NCBI GenBank assembly: GCA_951406725.2 | Contig: OX597828.1 | Location: 64,108,001-64,172,000, forward strand | Direction: 5' to 3' | Source of the DNA: Octopus vulgaris | Lineage: Eukaryota | Length of the DNA stretch: 64,000 bases | Shown here: in pieces, positions 14,951 through 28,487 of the stretch | How positions within the stretch are numbered: the stretch's first letter is position 1 | Layout: every line of letters begins with the position of its first letter | Notes under the pieces: generated by a model | Told to the model about the DNA's origin: nothing | Databases searched by the model: none | The model's input: only the letters and a program-made list of their open reading frames with translations | Translations under genes and position numbers: made by a program

Positions 14951-15139
14951 TGGAGGCGGGAGTTGGGGCGTGCTGGCGTCAGAAACGGTGTTGGCGGTAA
15001 GACATGGATATGATGGCTTTGTGGAGTCGGAGAAGAGACTTGAGGACAGGAAACCTGATGGTGGCGGCGTTGGGGGGGGGGCGTATAGTTTGAGATGTAG
15101 ACAGATAAATAATGGAGGAGAGAAGGGGACAGAGAAAGG

Positions 15140-15375
15140 GTGTGTGGGCCTTCCTTTCTCTACTGTTTTTGACGAAGAGGCGAGTTGGACGGAGTCGCCT
15201 TTCTTTGTACCTCCTACGATGTGGGTTCATCTGGGATCTCAGGTAGAAATTTGTCCACATGCTTTTTGAAGGTCTCCACATCTCACCTCGCAAATCTTTG
15301 AGGTTGTTTGGTTCGATGTTACATAGTTGGGGTCCCTTGAAACCCAAGTTGTTGCAATACCGGGCCCTTATTGGA
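15140..15375 (-). mobile_element. CR1/L2-group LINE 3' fragment
   Basis: Minus strand YCNNLGFKGPQLCNIEPNNLKDL, then frameshifted VDKFL...PDEPT...SNSP, as in CR1-group ORF2 C-termini. Confidence 0.7.
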
Positions 15376-15553
15376 GATAGAGAAGTATTATGTAGTGCCG
15401 TCCAATTCGGTGGTTGGCATAACTTTTTTATTCCAAAGATAGGAGCGAGACCTTACGCACACACGCACACACACACACACAAACTACGGGATAAAGAAAA
15501 GTATGTAATGACCATTATTTATACCTTGTCATATATGTGTGCGCGCGTGTGTA

Positions 15554-15616
<63 letters not shown>

Positions 15617-16012
15617 ATATTACATAAAATCCGTTCTGTATGTGTGTGTGTGTCTTCTAGGATCTCGGGCATCCTCCATCCGATTGTGCTCAAATTTGAT
15701 ATGTAGATACCGAGGTATCAGGGCGTGTATAAGTCTTGAAAACATTACAAAAATCGATTCTAGGTGAGAATGCGATCGATAAAGACGTGGGAACGTGCAT
15801 TTGTACGCGCAAGTACATCAGCTGTGGCGATCGATACTACGCGTACGCGAGAAAAATGCACGTGCAGTTTGCGCAAAGAAGGCCGGCTGGCTTGAAATAA
15901 TGCCACAAACCCCCTTTTATGGGACGGTCGGACAAATTGTTTTGAGAAAATTTGGTTTAAATGTTTGACAACTCAGCACCGTCCACTGGACTGGGCGGGG
16001 GCGTTTAGCTCG
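15617..16012 (+). mobile_element. Non-autonomous Helitron-like element
   Basis: 5' TATTACATAAAATCC, a GT microsatellite, then CCGATTGTGCTCAAATTTG. It ends in a GC-rich hairpin-like segment followed by CTCG-T (a CTAG variant). Confidence 0.6.
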
Positions 16013-16771
16013 TATATATATATATATATAGTCGATACCACGACGACGACGACCACCACCACCACCATTTCCACCATATCACCGTCATTTCCTCCTCTAC
16101 TTTTACTGTCATTGCACTATTAGTAGATGTAATCACAGGAGTAGCAGTAGTGGTGGTAGTCGTAGCAGGGAAATCGTTGTTCGGTTGGGTGACAGTAGCA
16201 ATGGTTTGACTAGTTACCTTTAGGTGTGAACACACCCGCAATAGATAAGGCGTAATCTCTGTGTGTGTGTGTGGGTGTGTGTATACGTTTATATGTGTGC
16301 GTGTGGGCATATAAGTGCATATGGACACGTAGCCGCGTGCATGCGTCAGTCTTTGCTATTCTATTATATGAGTGAGTGTATGTGTGTGTGTGTGTGAATG
16401 TGTGTGAGTGAATGTGCCAATATGTGTGTACGCGTTAGTCTGTATGTGTATGGGTAGGATATAAATTTACTCGTAAATAGGACAACTGAGCAGTTGTGTA
16501 GGGTATCGTATTCCGAGTACCCATTTCAAGTTCCAGTCTGCTTATTGCTGTATAATTATATCTGAGTAGCTCCACATCAGGAGTTTTAGGAGTAAACGAC
16601 CAACTCACTACTACCACCTACCACCCCACAAACCACCCCATACCATCATTTGATCTTGGGTTTTTACTGAAAAACGTCAAAATATGTTTTTGTTCTATGG
16701 TTGTGTGCTTCTCTATTCAAATGCAATGCACACACACACACACACACACCTGCACACCCGTGACTTTATAT

Positions 16772-16925
16772 ACAGGAGTCACTGTGTGGTAAGAAGCTTG
16801 CTTCTTAACCACATGGTTCAGTCCCTCTGCGTGGCACCTCGGGCAAGTGTCTTCTACTATAGCCTCGGGCCGACCAAACCTTTGAGCGTGGATTTGGTAG
16901 ACGGAAACTGAAAGAAGCCTGTTGT
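16772..16925 (+). mobile_element. OR-like tRNA/CORE SINE, partial
   Basis: ctgtgtggtaagaagcttgc...ggttcagtccc...gggcaagtgtcttctactatagcctcgggcc. Confidence 0.88.
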
Positions 16926-16981
16926 ATATATATATATATATATATGAGAACAAAGTGTACGTACGCCGCTATATATATATA

Positions 16982-17130
16982 TAATAAAATACGAAATGGA
17001 ACAAGAAGGCAAAACGGGACAACAAAACATTTAGATAGACAATACAAAAAAAACACGGATGGGTCATTCGAAGCCTTTTATCTTCAGTCAAAAACCGGAT
17101 CATCCTCGCAATTTCGGCTGATTAATCTTA
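16982..17130. repeat. Insert after a (TA)n run, abutting the mariner element
   Basis: A-rich start after (TA)n. Minus strand has CCGAAA...GACTGAAGA, the same motif order as the 541/20256 family. Confidence 0.4.
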
Positions 17131-17931
17131 TGATTAAGCCCGTTTTTCGCTCTATCTATTCGTGTCAATCTTTTTCTTTTTGAATAATTAGGCCATTCTT
17201 TCTGGAACGTTGGATACAACATAGACAAAAAGCAACTTCGCACAATTTTCTTATTCCAGTTCACGCAACAAGCACTACCTGTTTCTCGAGCGGATTGTGA
17301 CTTGCGATGAAAAGTGGATTCTTTACGACAACCGGCGACGCTTAGCTCAGTGGCTGGACGCAGACGAAGCTCCACGGCACTTCTCGAAGTCAAAGTTGTA
17401 CCAAAAGAAGGTCATGGTGACTGATTGGTGGTCTGCGTCCGGTCTAATCCATCACAGTTTTTTGGATCCGGGCGAAACCATTACGGGGAGAAGTACTGTC
17501 AGCAAATGGATGAAATGCATAAAAAAACTCCGACAACAGCCAGCATTGGTCAATAGAAAAGGATCAATTCTTCTCCAATTCTTCTGCTTGGCTCCAGAAG
17601 TTGAAAGAATTGGGCTACGAAATTCTGCCTCATCCGCAATACTCACCCGACCTCTCGCCTACCGATTACCACTTTTTCTAGAATCTCGACAGCTTCCTGC
17701 GTGAGAAATGCTTCAAAAACCAAAACGATGCCAAACACACCTTCAACGACTTCATCGCCACCAAAACGCAGGATTTTTACGCTACTGGCAGAAATAAACT
17801 TGTTTCGCATTGACAAAAGTGCGTTGATTCTGATGGTGTTTAATTCGATTAATAAAGTTTTGTTTGAGCCGAGAAATGTGCATCTGAATTTAAAGGTTAA
17901 AAACCGCAAGGACTTTCTTGACAAGCTAATA
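17130..17931 (+). mobile_element. Hsmar1-like (cecropia subfamily, DD34D) mariner, internally deleted
   Basis: DKKQLRTIFLFQF, a deletion, then FLERIVTCDEKWILYDNRRR.AQWLD...KKVMVT.WWS...PGETIT, NRKGSILL, YSPDLSPTDYHFF and TGRNKLVS. Right TIR aaaccgcaaggactttcttgacaagctaata. Confidence 0.92.
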
Positions 17932-18570
17932 ATAACACACACAGAGATTCAATTTCAAAATACGAGCTCGAAATTTGATTAGATTGATAATTTATAATTT
18001 TGATTTGCGACTGAGTATGACCACTGAACTTTCTAGAATTACCGGTGGGTGAGTAGATTTTTTTGCGAAGGTAACAATTCTTTTGAAATTTCTGATTTCA
18101 GGATTATGTTTGATCCACATAAAGAAATACAAGAGTTAAAAAAATATCTTAAGAAATGTTCGTATAAATACAAAGCTTACCATAAAAGAAAGCTCTGGAT
18201 GTTTTCCTTCAGAATTCTTCCTCTCAACAAACATCCAGAAAATGTTATCTTAGCCACATCAAACATTTAAGACTTCTAGATAATTATAACGGAATTGGTA
18301 ATAGAATATTGAAAACGCCCCGTATTAAACTAATTAGTTTAATGCCTCCCTCCACCAACACTCAAAAGTCACCCTCTCATTCCTGCTCACACTCATACCT
18401 CTATTCAAAAGACTACTCCACCTCTCTTCTTTATTTCTCTCCTCACTTTGATGATTCGAACCAAATCCTTTTTATTTGTTTTAAAAACAAAAAGAAAGCT
18501 GTTCAACGCTTTGTATCTTATACTTTTCTTTATCCTACCTGAATTTACTTCACTGTGTCTTTTCTTAAAA

Positions 18571-18891
18571 GACTCCGCCGGTTACGACGACGAGGGTCCC
18601 AGCTGATACGATCAACGGAACAGCTTGCTCGTGAAATTAACGTGCAAATGGCTGAGCATTCCACAGACACGTGTACCCTTAACGTAGTTCTCGGGGATAA
18701 TCAGCGTGACACAGAGAGTGACAAGGCTGACCCTTTGAAATACAAGTACAACTCATTTTTGCCAGCTGAGTGGACTGGAGCAACGTGAAATAAAGTGTCT
18801 TGCTCAAGGACACAACGCGTCGCCGGGAATCGAACTCACAACCTTACGATCATGAGCCGAATGCCCTAACCACTAAGCCACGCGCCCTCAC
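18571..18891 (-). mobile_element. tRNA-derived CORE-type SINE (third family), full length
   Basis: Minus strand GTGGCTTAGTGGTTAGGGC (A box), GAGTTCGATTCCC (B box), GTCCTTGAGCAAGACACTT. TSD ctgtgtctttt at about 18553 and 18898. Confidence 0.88.
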
Positions 18892-19199
18892 CTGTGTCTG
18901 TGTCTTTTAAGCATTTGACTTCTAACATCCAAACTGTTCTGCCGTTGGTTGACCGGTGTATTACCTTTCAGCCTTATCATTGTTTATAAACATTTTCTGG
19001 TTGTGTTCTCCCTTCATTCGCCACATTCTCATACAACTATATTACTTGAGACTCATTATCCACTCACACTCCTATATACTTAAAAAAATATTTCTCAGTT
19101 TTTCTACTCGCCTTTCTATGTCTCTACGTATCTATGTATCGAGACAAGGGCTTCCATGCACATTCGCCTGTGCATTTACGTGTGTGCATCTATACCCTG

Positions 19200-19393
19200 A
19201 CTCTTTTACTTGTGTCAGTCATTTGACTGCGGCCATGATGGAGCAACGCCTTTAGTCAAGCAAATCGACCCCAGGACTTATTCTTTGTCAGCCTAGTACT
19301 TATTCTATCGTTCTCTTTTTGCCGAACAGCTAAGTTACAGGGATGTAAACACACCAGCATCGGTTGTCAAGCGATGTTGGGAGGGGGCGGCAA

Positions 19394-19425
<32 letters not shown>

Positions 19426-19510
19426 GTACGACGGGCTTCTATCAAAACCACTCACAAGGCTTTGGTAGGCCCGAGGCTGTAGTAGAAGACACTTGCCCAA
19501 GGTGCCATGT
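19200..19510 (-). mobile_element. OR-like SINE, 5' truncated
   Basis: Reverse complement of the body and tail seen at 21070-21330 and 50730-51060. Confidence 0.85.
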
Positions 19511-19541
19511 ACAAATAGATCGTGATTGCTCCATCACCTAT

Positions 19542-19955
19542 TCTGATTTCTCTACTACCCACAAGGCGCTAAATATAGAGGGGACAAACAAGGACAGACA
19601 AACGGATTAAGTCGATTACATCGACCCCAGTGCGTAACTGGTACTGAATTTATCGACCTCGGAAGAATGACTGGCAAAGTCGACCTCGGCGGGATTTGAA
19701 GTCAGACCGTAAAGACAGACGAAATACCTATTTCTTTACTACCCACAAGGGGCTAAACACAGAGGGGACAAACAAGGACAGACAAACGGATTAAGTCGAT
19801 TACATCGACCCCAGTGCGTAACTGGTACTGAATTTATCGACCCCGAAAGGATGAAAGGCAAAGTCGACTTCGGCGGAATTTGAACTCAGAACGTAACGGC
19901 AGACGAAACGCCGCTAAGCATTTGGCCCGGCATGCCAACGTTTCTGCCAGCTCGC
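19542..19955 (-). mobile_element. Tandem dimer of OK-like SINE
   Basis: A near-full copy at 19729-19955 plus a 5'-truncated copy at 19546-19728. One 13-bp TSD ctccatcacctat (19529 and 19956) flanks both. Confidence 0.88.
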
Positions 19956-20194
19956 CTCCATCACCTATGCTTATCAATATATATGTTATTATCAATGTAC
20001 AATGCATTACCTGCAGCATGTTCGCTGTATTTCTGTTTTGACTCTTACATTTTTATGTAGATTCATCAATGCTGAAGTATTTCCATGAGTATTTACAGAT
20101 GTTAGCATTTATACACTAATGATATTACATATATATACGCTTTGTTACATTTAATCTTCAACATTTATATGTGTGTGTGCGCGTGTATAGATAT

Positions 20195-20250
<56 letters not shown>

Positions 20251-20255
20251 ATAAA

Positions 20256-20933
20256 ATAACAAAATAATATATAAAACATATGCATATATACATACATATA
20301 TGTACATACCTACATATATATATGTATATATACATGCATATATGGGTACAGGACACCAAAAATCGTTGAACACAATGAGAAACAAAAACATGGAAACGGA
20401 CTTTTTTTAAAACAACGATAAAACAGAGTATAAGACATACAACACAAGGAATATTACTCTTCTTCAGTTGTCCCTGTTTCATCTACTCCGCGTTTCGAAG
20501 GATAAGGACAAGACGCGACTTCGTTGAAACAATCCTTCCCGCTAAGCAAAGTAAATAAAATTTGGGATTTTTTGCGATTTTTGGGGGGATTTTTCTGTTT
20601 TATTTAATAATAAATTTTATTTAATTTGCTTTGCGGGAAGGATTATTTTAACGAAGTCGCGTCTTGTCCTTATCATTCGAAAGGCGGAGTAGCCGAAACA
20701 GGGACAACTGAAGAAGGGGAATATTCCTTGTGTTGTATGTCTTGTACTCTGTGTTATCGTTGTTTAAAAAAGAAGTTCGTTTCCATATTTTTGTTTTTAT
20801 GTTTTCGTTTCTCATTGTGTTCAACGCTTTTTGTTGCCCTGTACCCATATATGCATGTATATATACATATAGATATGTAGGTATGTACATATATGTATGT
20901 ATATATGCATATGTTTATATATTATTTTGTTAT
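20256..20933. repeat. Large inverted repeat with arms of about 310 bp
   Basis: Arms 20256-20563 and 20612-20933 are imperfect reverse complements. Same family as 541-880. Flanked by (TA)n. Confidence 0.93.
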
Positions 20934-21000
20934 CATATGATCGAACGCCACACATCCACTTCCAAGTAAGTATATATATATATATATATATATATACATA

Positions 21001-21164
21001 GGCGCAGGTGTGGCTGTGTGGTAAGTAGCTTGCTTACCAGCCACATAGCTCCGGGTTCAGTCCCACTGCGTGACACCTTGGGCAAGTGTCTTCTACTATA
21101 GCCTCGCGCCGGCCAAAGCCTTGTGAGTGGATTTGGTAGACGGAAACTGAAAGAAGCCCGTCGC

Positions 21165-21219
<55 letters not shown>

Positions 21220-21333
21220 TGCGCGTGTCCCCCCCCCCAAATCGCTTGACAACCGATGCTGGTGTGTTTACGTCACCGTAACGTAGCCGTTCGGCAATAC
21301 AGACCGATAGAATAAGTACTAATCTTACAAACA
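21001..21333 (+). mobile_element. OR-like tRNA/CORE SINE
   Basis: GGCGCAGGTGTGGCTGTGTGGTAAG, GGGTTCAGTCCC, CCTTGGGCAAGTGTC, internal (TA)(TG) tract, tail gcttgacaaccgatgctggtgtgtttac. Confidence 0.92.
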
Positions 21334-21787
21334 CAGAAATATATCAGCCGCAGACAAACTTCGTCGAGCAGAGCCGGTGGAATTGCCATCCCTGCTATTC
21401 TACTTTTTTTTCCTTTGCTTGTTTTCTTTTAAAATTGTACGTCTAAAAGAGATGCTTTCTCGAGACGAATACCACAGTCTAGAAGGCGTTCAGTGATGTA
21501 TCTGCTTTAAGTATGATATACAGATTGCTTTCTGTCTGTCCTCTCTCTCTCTCTCTCTCTAATGGAATTTTTTAGAAATTTCGTTCGACCTTTTTTGGGT
21601 AGCGTGCGTATTGTGAAAAAATTATAATGGTTATGGACAATATGTCTAATTTCGGCATATTTGGCATTAGACGTTTTTTCGTTTGCCCTCATTTATAAGT
21701 TGTTTATAAATTTAACCTTTAAAGGTATTTTTTAATATGCTGGCCATTGATAAAAATTTTTTTCGAAAACATTTTATCCTACATTAA

Positions 21788-21835
<48 letters not shown>

Positions 21836-22751
21836 TCGTAAATTTCACATATATTACATATTTTCTTTCCTGTCTTCACTTGAAAACGATCCCCCCTCTA
21901 CCTCACACTATAAAAGTTTATATAGTCGTATATAGTTATATTTAAACATACTCGGTCATATGTATATACATTTACATGTACTGTTTCAAGTTGAATGTCA
22001 AAATACTTGCATGAGGGGTAGGGTTTCTCTGAGGATCTGCTCTTCAGCTCCCCTTAGAGTTTCTCACTACCTATAGCAGTAATCTGCTGCTTTATATATT
22101 AACAAACTTGTACATAAGTATACTTTTACTTCTACTGACTCAAAGATATAAGAATACATGCTTTTATATATGTTTTTACACTTGTACTTATCGCTCAAAT
22201 GTAATTTTCTAAACCACTAACTTTCCTCAATTATTTCCCATAACGTAATCTTCGGAATTTCACACCTCCGCTGGGCAATAATTTCCGAGCTTAAAACTTT
22301 CTATTTTCCTTTGTTTCTCTCACACTAAATTAAGTGCTTATCCTCTTTAGTTTAAAAGGAATTACTTCAGTAAGTTTTAGTTGAAGGTTACTATCATAAC
22401 GACCTCCACTCTAGCTTAGTTACTATTTACATTCGAACGAATGTAGACCAAGGAAAGTAACTTGTTTTCCTCTGAGCACAGTTTTTACAACATCGTAAAA
22501 TTCACGTCTTTTTTCTACTTTCATTAATACATAAAGTGTGTATAATGTAGATAAATCTATCGTTAGTAACTTGAATGCTTTAGCCGTGGAGATTGTAGAC
22601 GATATGAAAACATGTTAAGATTCTCTAAGAATAAATATACTGCAATTTGATACAGTCAAGGAATTCAATTACATAACTATAGTTTTATGTCCATCAAATC
22701 TGATTTAATTAATCTAATATACGCTGCCGCTGTATTTCATATGAGTAACTG

Positions 22752-23035
22752 GGACTCCGTCGGTTACGACGACGAGTGTTCCAGTTAATAAGCTCAACAG
22801 AACAGCCTAATTGTGAAATTAACGTGCAAGTAGCCTAGCACTCCACGGACATGCGTATCTCAGGTGAGATCCAGCAGGGAGACATACGATGTGACAAAAC
22901 TGGTTTCATTTTTACCAGCAGATGGGTCTGGGGCAACAAGAAATAAAGTGTCTTTCTCAAGGACAAAACACACTCTCTGGGATCGAACTCAGGACCGTGA
23001 GTAGAATGCCCTAACCACTAAGCCACGCACCTTCA
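22752..23035 (-). mobile_element. Diverged copy of the 18571-18891 SINE
   Basis: Colinear: gactccgtcggttacgacgacgag...gaaattaacgtgcaa...aaataaagtgtct...atgccctaaccactaagccacgc. Confidence 0.85.
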
Positions 23036-23555
23036 GGTACATAAGCACACAATACTGCATACATAAGTATATGTGTTATTCAAAAGCCTGAAACTGCAGT
23101 TTCCTGTATGGGAAAAAGCCTTTTCAAGACGTATAGTGTTAAAAGATACACTACATACTTGAGAGCTCGCCTCAGAAATGACCACAAAGCGAAAAACACA
23201 TATTAAATTTTATACTTTACAACAAACTTAAACTTCTCAACAGACGTTCGTTAAAAATGTATTTGTTTCAATTTAACCTCAAGTTTCTCAAATGTATTTC
23301 TCCATTTCTAATATTAGAAGTTTGAACAGTTCTTTTCTGCCCCCCCCCACCTCGCGGCCCTTAATTTTAAATGTTTAGCTATAACTTTACTAATTACTTT
23401 GTTTTTGTGAGGCATTTCAATATCGTTTATCTCCCTTCGACCGACTCTCCCGTTTTACTTTTTATTTCCCTTTTTGCATTGTTGGAAAGGGGACACACAC
23501 ACTGACACACACGAAGACAGACCCACATACTCTCACACTCGTACACAAAGGTAGG

Positions 23556-23609
<54 letters not shown>

Positions 23610-23756
23610 CTCAAACATGCACACTCACAGACACACACTCACATACAGACAAACAAACACACACGCACACAGAATTTCGACAACATTTCTTTTTCTCCAA
23701 TACCCTGAAAGATTCGAACTACGAAAGATGTCAGTGGCGAAGGCGGTGGCGGCGGC

Positions 23757-23807
<51 letters not shown>

Positions 23808-23934
23808 GATGACAGTGAAGCTGATGAGGATGGTGTTAGTTCTTACGGTCTGCATCTTATAAAGAATCCGTCTGCAACCGATAGTTTCTTCACCTGCGAC
23901 ACAAGTCGGTCTGTTCGGGAGTGCCAGCGCGTGC

Positions 23935-24323
23935 GCACGGGTGTGTGTATTTGTGTATGTATTATGCATGCGTGTGTGTCTGTGTGTGTGCGTGTGTGCG
24001 TGTGCGTGTGTATATGCGTGCGTGTGTGTGCGTGTACGTGTGTGCGTGTGTGTGTATGTATGTGCGCGTGCCTGTGTGTCTGTGCGCGCGCGTATGTGTG
24101 TGTGTGCGTGCGTGAGTGTGTGTGTGTGTGCGTTTTGTTATCGAACAGATCTCCAATCACTATGCTGCCAGCCACGACCATCCACTCCTATTTCTATACA
24201 CAGTGGACTAAGAATATTCTTTAATCTATCCTTCAATTTTTATGATGATGAGATGTAAATGGAAGGAGTGTTTGGCTGCTATTTCGAGGAGATCCAGCAA
24301 CTACATAGACGCTCTTCGTTGAC

Positions 24324-24381
<58 letters not shown>

Positions 24382-24624
24382 AAAATGGTAAAGTTACGCG
24401 CGTATAATTTCTGTTTATCTTTATTTCTCTCTTTCTACACACACACACACACACATGCATACACTCACACACACACATACACACTCACATGAACGCACAC
24501 ATACTCACACAAACACATACACACACAAACACATTCACACACACTCACACGTTATTCGTAAGGTGCTGGTCCGCGTATTCAGTATGTATGTGTGTAATGT
24601 GCGTACAGAAAGCGAGTGATGTAT

Positions 24625-24666
<42 letters not shown>

Positions 24667-25180
24667 ATGTATTTGTAGAAGTGTATAGGTGCATATCATG
24701 TACGAATGTGTAACTTTGTGGATGGTTTGTAGGTGTGTGTATATAGATGTGTGTGTAAATAGATGTGTGTGTATATAGATGTGTGTATTAGCAAGATTGT
24801 GTACGGGTACGTATTATGTATGAATGTGTATGTAAGTTTGTGTATGTAAGTGTGTGCGTGTGTGTTCAATGTGTGTGTGTGTGTGTGTAATATGCATGCG
24901 TATGTGTGTCTTTGTAAAGTTGTGTCGATGTAAGCGTTATATGTCTGTGTGTAACACGTGTGTATATGTGTGTATTACAACATGTTTGTGTGTGTGATGC
25001 TTGTATATGTGTGTACGTACAACGTGTGAGTGTGTAACTTGTGTCTGTGTGGAACATGTGTGTGTGTGTGTGCAATGTGTGTATATCTGTAATGTTTGCA
25101 TATGTGTGTATGCATAACGTCAGCGTATGTGTGTATGCGTGAAGTGCTTCTATATGTATGTTGCGTTTGTGTGTGTTTCT
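23935..25180. repeat. Cluster of perfect and degenerate (TG/CA)n tracts
   Basis: Directly visible. Confidence 0.85.
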
Positions 25181-25221
25181 GGTTGACGGGTGGGAAAGAC
25201 AAATAGACGGGTGTGGCTACA

Positions 25222-26170
25222 GCTGTAGTAGTAGTATTAGTAGTGGTGGTGGTTGTAGTAGTAGTAGTGGTAGTGGTGGTGTTGGTGGTAGTGGTGGTTG
25301 TAGTAGTGGTCGTGGTGGTAGTAGTAGTAGTAGTGGTGGTGGTGGTAGTAGTGGTAGTAGTGGTGGTAGTGGTCGTAGTGGTGGTGGTAGTGGTAGAAGT
25401 AGTAAAAGTAGTGGTGGCGGTGGTCGTCGTCGTAGTGGTAGTGGTGGTGGTGGTGGTGGTAGTAGTGTTAAATGTAGTAGTAGTAGTTGTTGTTAGGTAA
25501 GTTAAACCAAGTCGTTTACTGTTGCATAGCAACATATATGGATGCATGTATAAGGTGAGAAGCAAACAGACCTCTCTCTCTCCCTTTCTCTCTCTCTCTC
25601 CCTTTCTCTCTCTCTCTCCCTTTCTCTTTCTCTTTCTCTCTCTCTTTCATGTAGGTGTATAATCTAGCTGTTGTGGGTGTTGTTATTAGTGGTGGTAGAG
25701 GTGGTGGAGGATGGTGGAAATTGTGACGATGATGATGGTGGTAGTGTGCTGATGGGGGTGCGATTGTGAAGGCGGGATGGTGGTGGAGGTATTGACGATG
25801 GTGGCAGTGGTAGTGATGGTAGTGGTAGTGATGGTGGTGGTAGTATGCTGATGGGGTACGATGGTGGTGGAGGTAGTGGTGGTGGTAGTGACGATGGTGG
25901 CGGCGGTGGTGATGGTGTGGTTTTGGTGTGGTTTTGGTGGTGGTGGTGGTGGTAATCCTAGTGGTTGTGGGCCTGGTGGCAGTTATGGCTTCGGTTATAG
26001 TAGTAGTGATGCGGGTGGTGATGGAGGTAATTATAATGTTGGTGGAGTTGGTGGTGCTGCTGATTGCCGTAATTGTAGTAATGGTGGTAGTAGAGGTAGT
26101 GGTGATGTTGGTGGTAGTAGCGGCGATGGCGGCGGTTGTAGTGATGGTGTTGATGGTGGCACTATTGCTA
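25222..26170. repeat. (GTA/GTG/GAT)n degenerate tracts with a (CT)n island
   Basis: Directly visible. Confidence 0.88.
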
Positions 26171-27119
26171 TTGTTGGTTAACCTCCAGGTCATCCAGCCA
26201 AAGCAAACTGACCAAACAGGTTCCATCCATGACATTCACATATTAGGCAAGATTACCCAATGAATATATGTTCCCTGTTTATAAATCTGTGTGGTGCAGT
26301 TTGGTGGAGGTTTGACTACTGTTTTTAGCAGCTAATCGTTGTTGTTTAACCCCAGGTCAGTACTAAATGTGCAGAACTATAACCAAAGACGTTCCAGATA
26401 GATACTCGTCGAGACTTCCACCGTCTGATCGTTGGTGTTTAAAAATGTTTATGCTATGGATCCACAACGGCCCTTCTGGGGGTAATATCATCTCCTGTAA
26501 ATTGTTAGTGAACAGACGAGATACGAACCACCGAACCAGAGCACCACATATACCACGAAATATCCCAGAACATTATCACAACATTTCAAAACACTGGCGC
26601 ATCGTGGGTTTTGGCCACCCTCTGCGCTGACCAAACTGGCCGTCCTCTTCTTCAGTTACAGCGAACATACGTATATAAACGGCAAACCAATGTGACCCAT
26701 ATACACACCGCATCCCCCACACAATGCCATCGCTAGAACACTAACACCACACTTCTCAGAATACTACAGAAAAATAAGATGTGTGGGTAATGGCTGGCAT
26801 GCCTTTCATCATAGATTTAGACTAAACAACAAAACACTTTGAATCGCATAAACTCTCCTTTCTCAGTGAAGAAGGAAAAGAGACAAGGCAGGACGGGGCG
26901 GGGAGGAACCCATTCTGTTAAACAGTTTTCAATGTTACAAACCAGGAGCAGAACCGGCAAAAGACAGTGACAGAAGGCTGTGGGCTGTTAAAGATTGTAG
27001 CAATTCAATCAGTCGTTCCCAAATCCTTGATGGATTTCTGATCGCATCAGCTTTTCAAGATCCAGTGGAGACATTCACGAAGTGAAAGTATCGGGAGGTG
27101 ATTATTGTCGTGATCAGTA

Positions 27120-27400
27120 TCAGTATCCGTGTTTAAATATCCAAGATGGGTCCACTGGTGAAATAAGTCTCACTACACAGCATCTCTGGGAGGAGATAAA
27201 CTGCTGACTTCAGCATATTTCGACTGTTACACTGCATCGCGTTAAATGCTTTGTTGTATATCAGAATGTGCAGATCCTGATGGAGAGGAAGGAGTGCAAC
27301 ATGTCCTGACCCTCAAACCATGTGATATTCCGTTGCATGTCTGCAATATCTACAAGAAAAGAGAAATTGGACTATGCAGACAGTGCAACATGCCTTGGGT
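27120..27400 (+). mobile_element. Possible LINE APE-endonuclease remnant
   Basis: PDGEEGVQHVLTLKPCDIPLHVCNIY loosely resembles the G.GVE...L.V.NIY segment of I-group APE domains. Weak match. Confidence 0.25.
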
Positions 27401-28283
27401 GTCACATCGCTTCATCTTATAAGATGCACCACTCTGGTGTGCGTATGTGCAGTGCGGTCCTTAAAGAGAAAGGGTATTGTAATAGTATGTTTGTTGTGGT
27501 ATTGTAGTGCTTTGATGTTTGTAATATGCTGGAAGGTTGAAGTAATGTTTCGGCGATGTGTGTTTGTTTCCTGCGGGTTTTGTAGCAATGTTCTGCCGGT
27601 GATGCAGTGGTAGTGCTTTGCAACGAACCTTGCAGCTGTTACAGCGTTATGAAGCGTTACAACATTGCTCTTGTTCTCTCTGTAATAGTGTCTTAGAGGC
27701 GTTGTGGTGATGAGCATTGCAGTAGTGTTCTGAAGGTGTTCTACTTGTATTCTTGGGTGTAGCAATAATGTTTTGAGGAGGTGTAGTTGTACTCTGGAGG
27801 TGTTATCATTACGTTCTGGGACATTGCAATGCTCTGCGCTGCTATCATTGCTCTGAGGCAGGGATATTGTATTATATGCTGCTCTGTGGGTGTTACCGAT
27901 AATGATGCCGTTCACATCGCTGTTGTTGTTGTTGCTGTTGTTGTTGCTGTTGTTGTTGCTGTTGTTGTTGTTGCTGTTGTTATTGTTGCTTAACTTGCAG
28001 CTGCTGCCACTAAACTCTCTGGCAAGATCAGAACATTTCTCAGCAGATAGCCTCTGGTGAGGTTTCGTGTCACAAAGACCTTACCATCACATCTGTGTTT
28101 ATGGGTTCGGGTGCGCGCGCTCGAGTATGTGCGGATTCATATATGTGTGCGGGCGCGCGTGTGTGTATGTGTGTGTGTGTATGCGCGTCGATGAGTGAGT
28201 GTGAATGCGTGTATGACTGTATATTGCAAGGTAGCAAATAAACACTGGAGCACTTTCACGCAAATATCTTGTGTTCAGATTCA

Positions 28284-28398
<115 letters not shown>

Positions 28399-28487
28399 AT
28401 TTAGATTCAGATGAATATGGTACTTAAGTTGAGGCACCGGAAGTTAGTACGGTATTATCCATACAATTTCAAAGTAAGGGGATTCAA

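Noticed and set aside
18820-18891. tRNA gene
   Set aside because: The tRNA-like head continues into a SINE body with a TSD and has a second diverged copy. The same applies to the OK-like and OR-like heads.
20640-20735. Permuted hammerhead (GAAAC...CTGAAGA) in the 541/20256 family
   Set aside because: The core words are present, but stems I and III and a cleavage triplet could not be formed.
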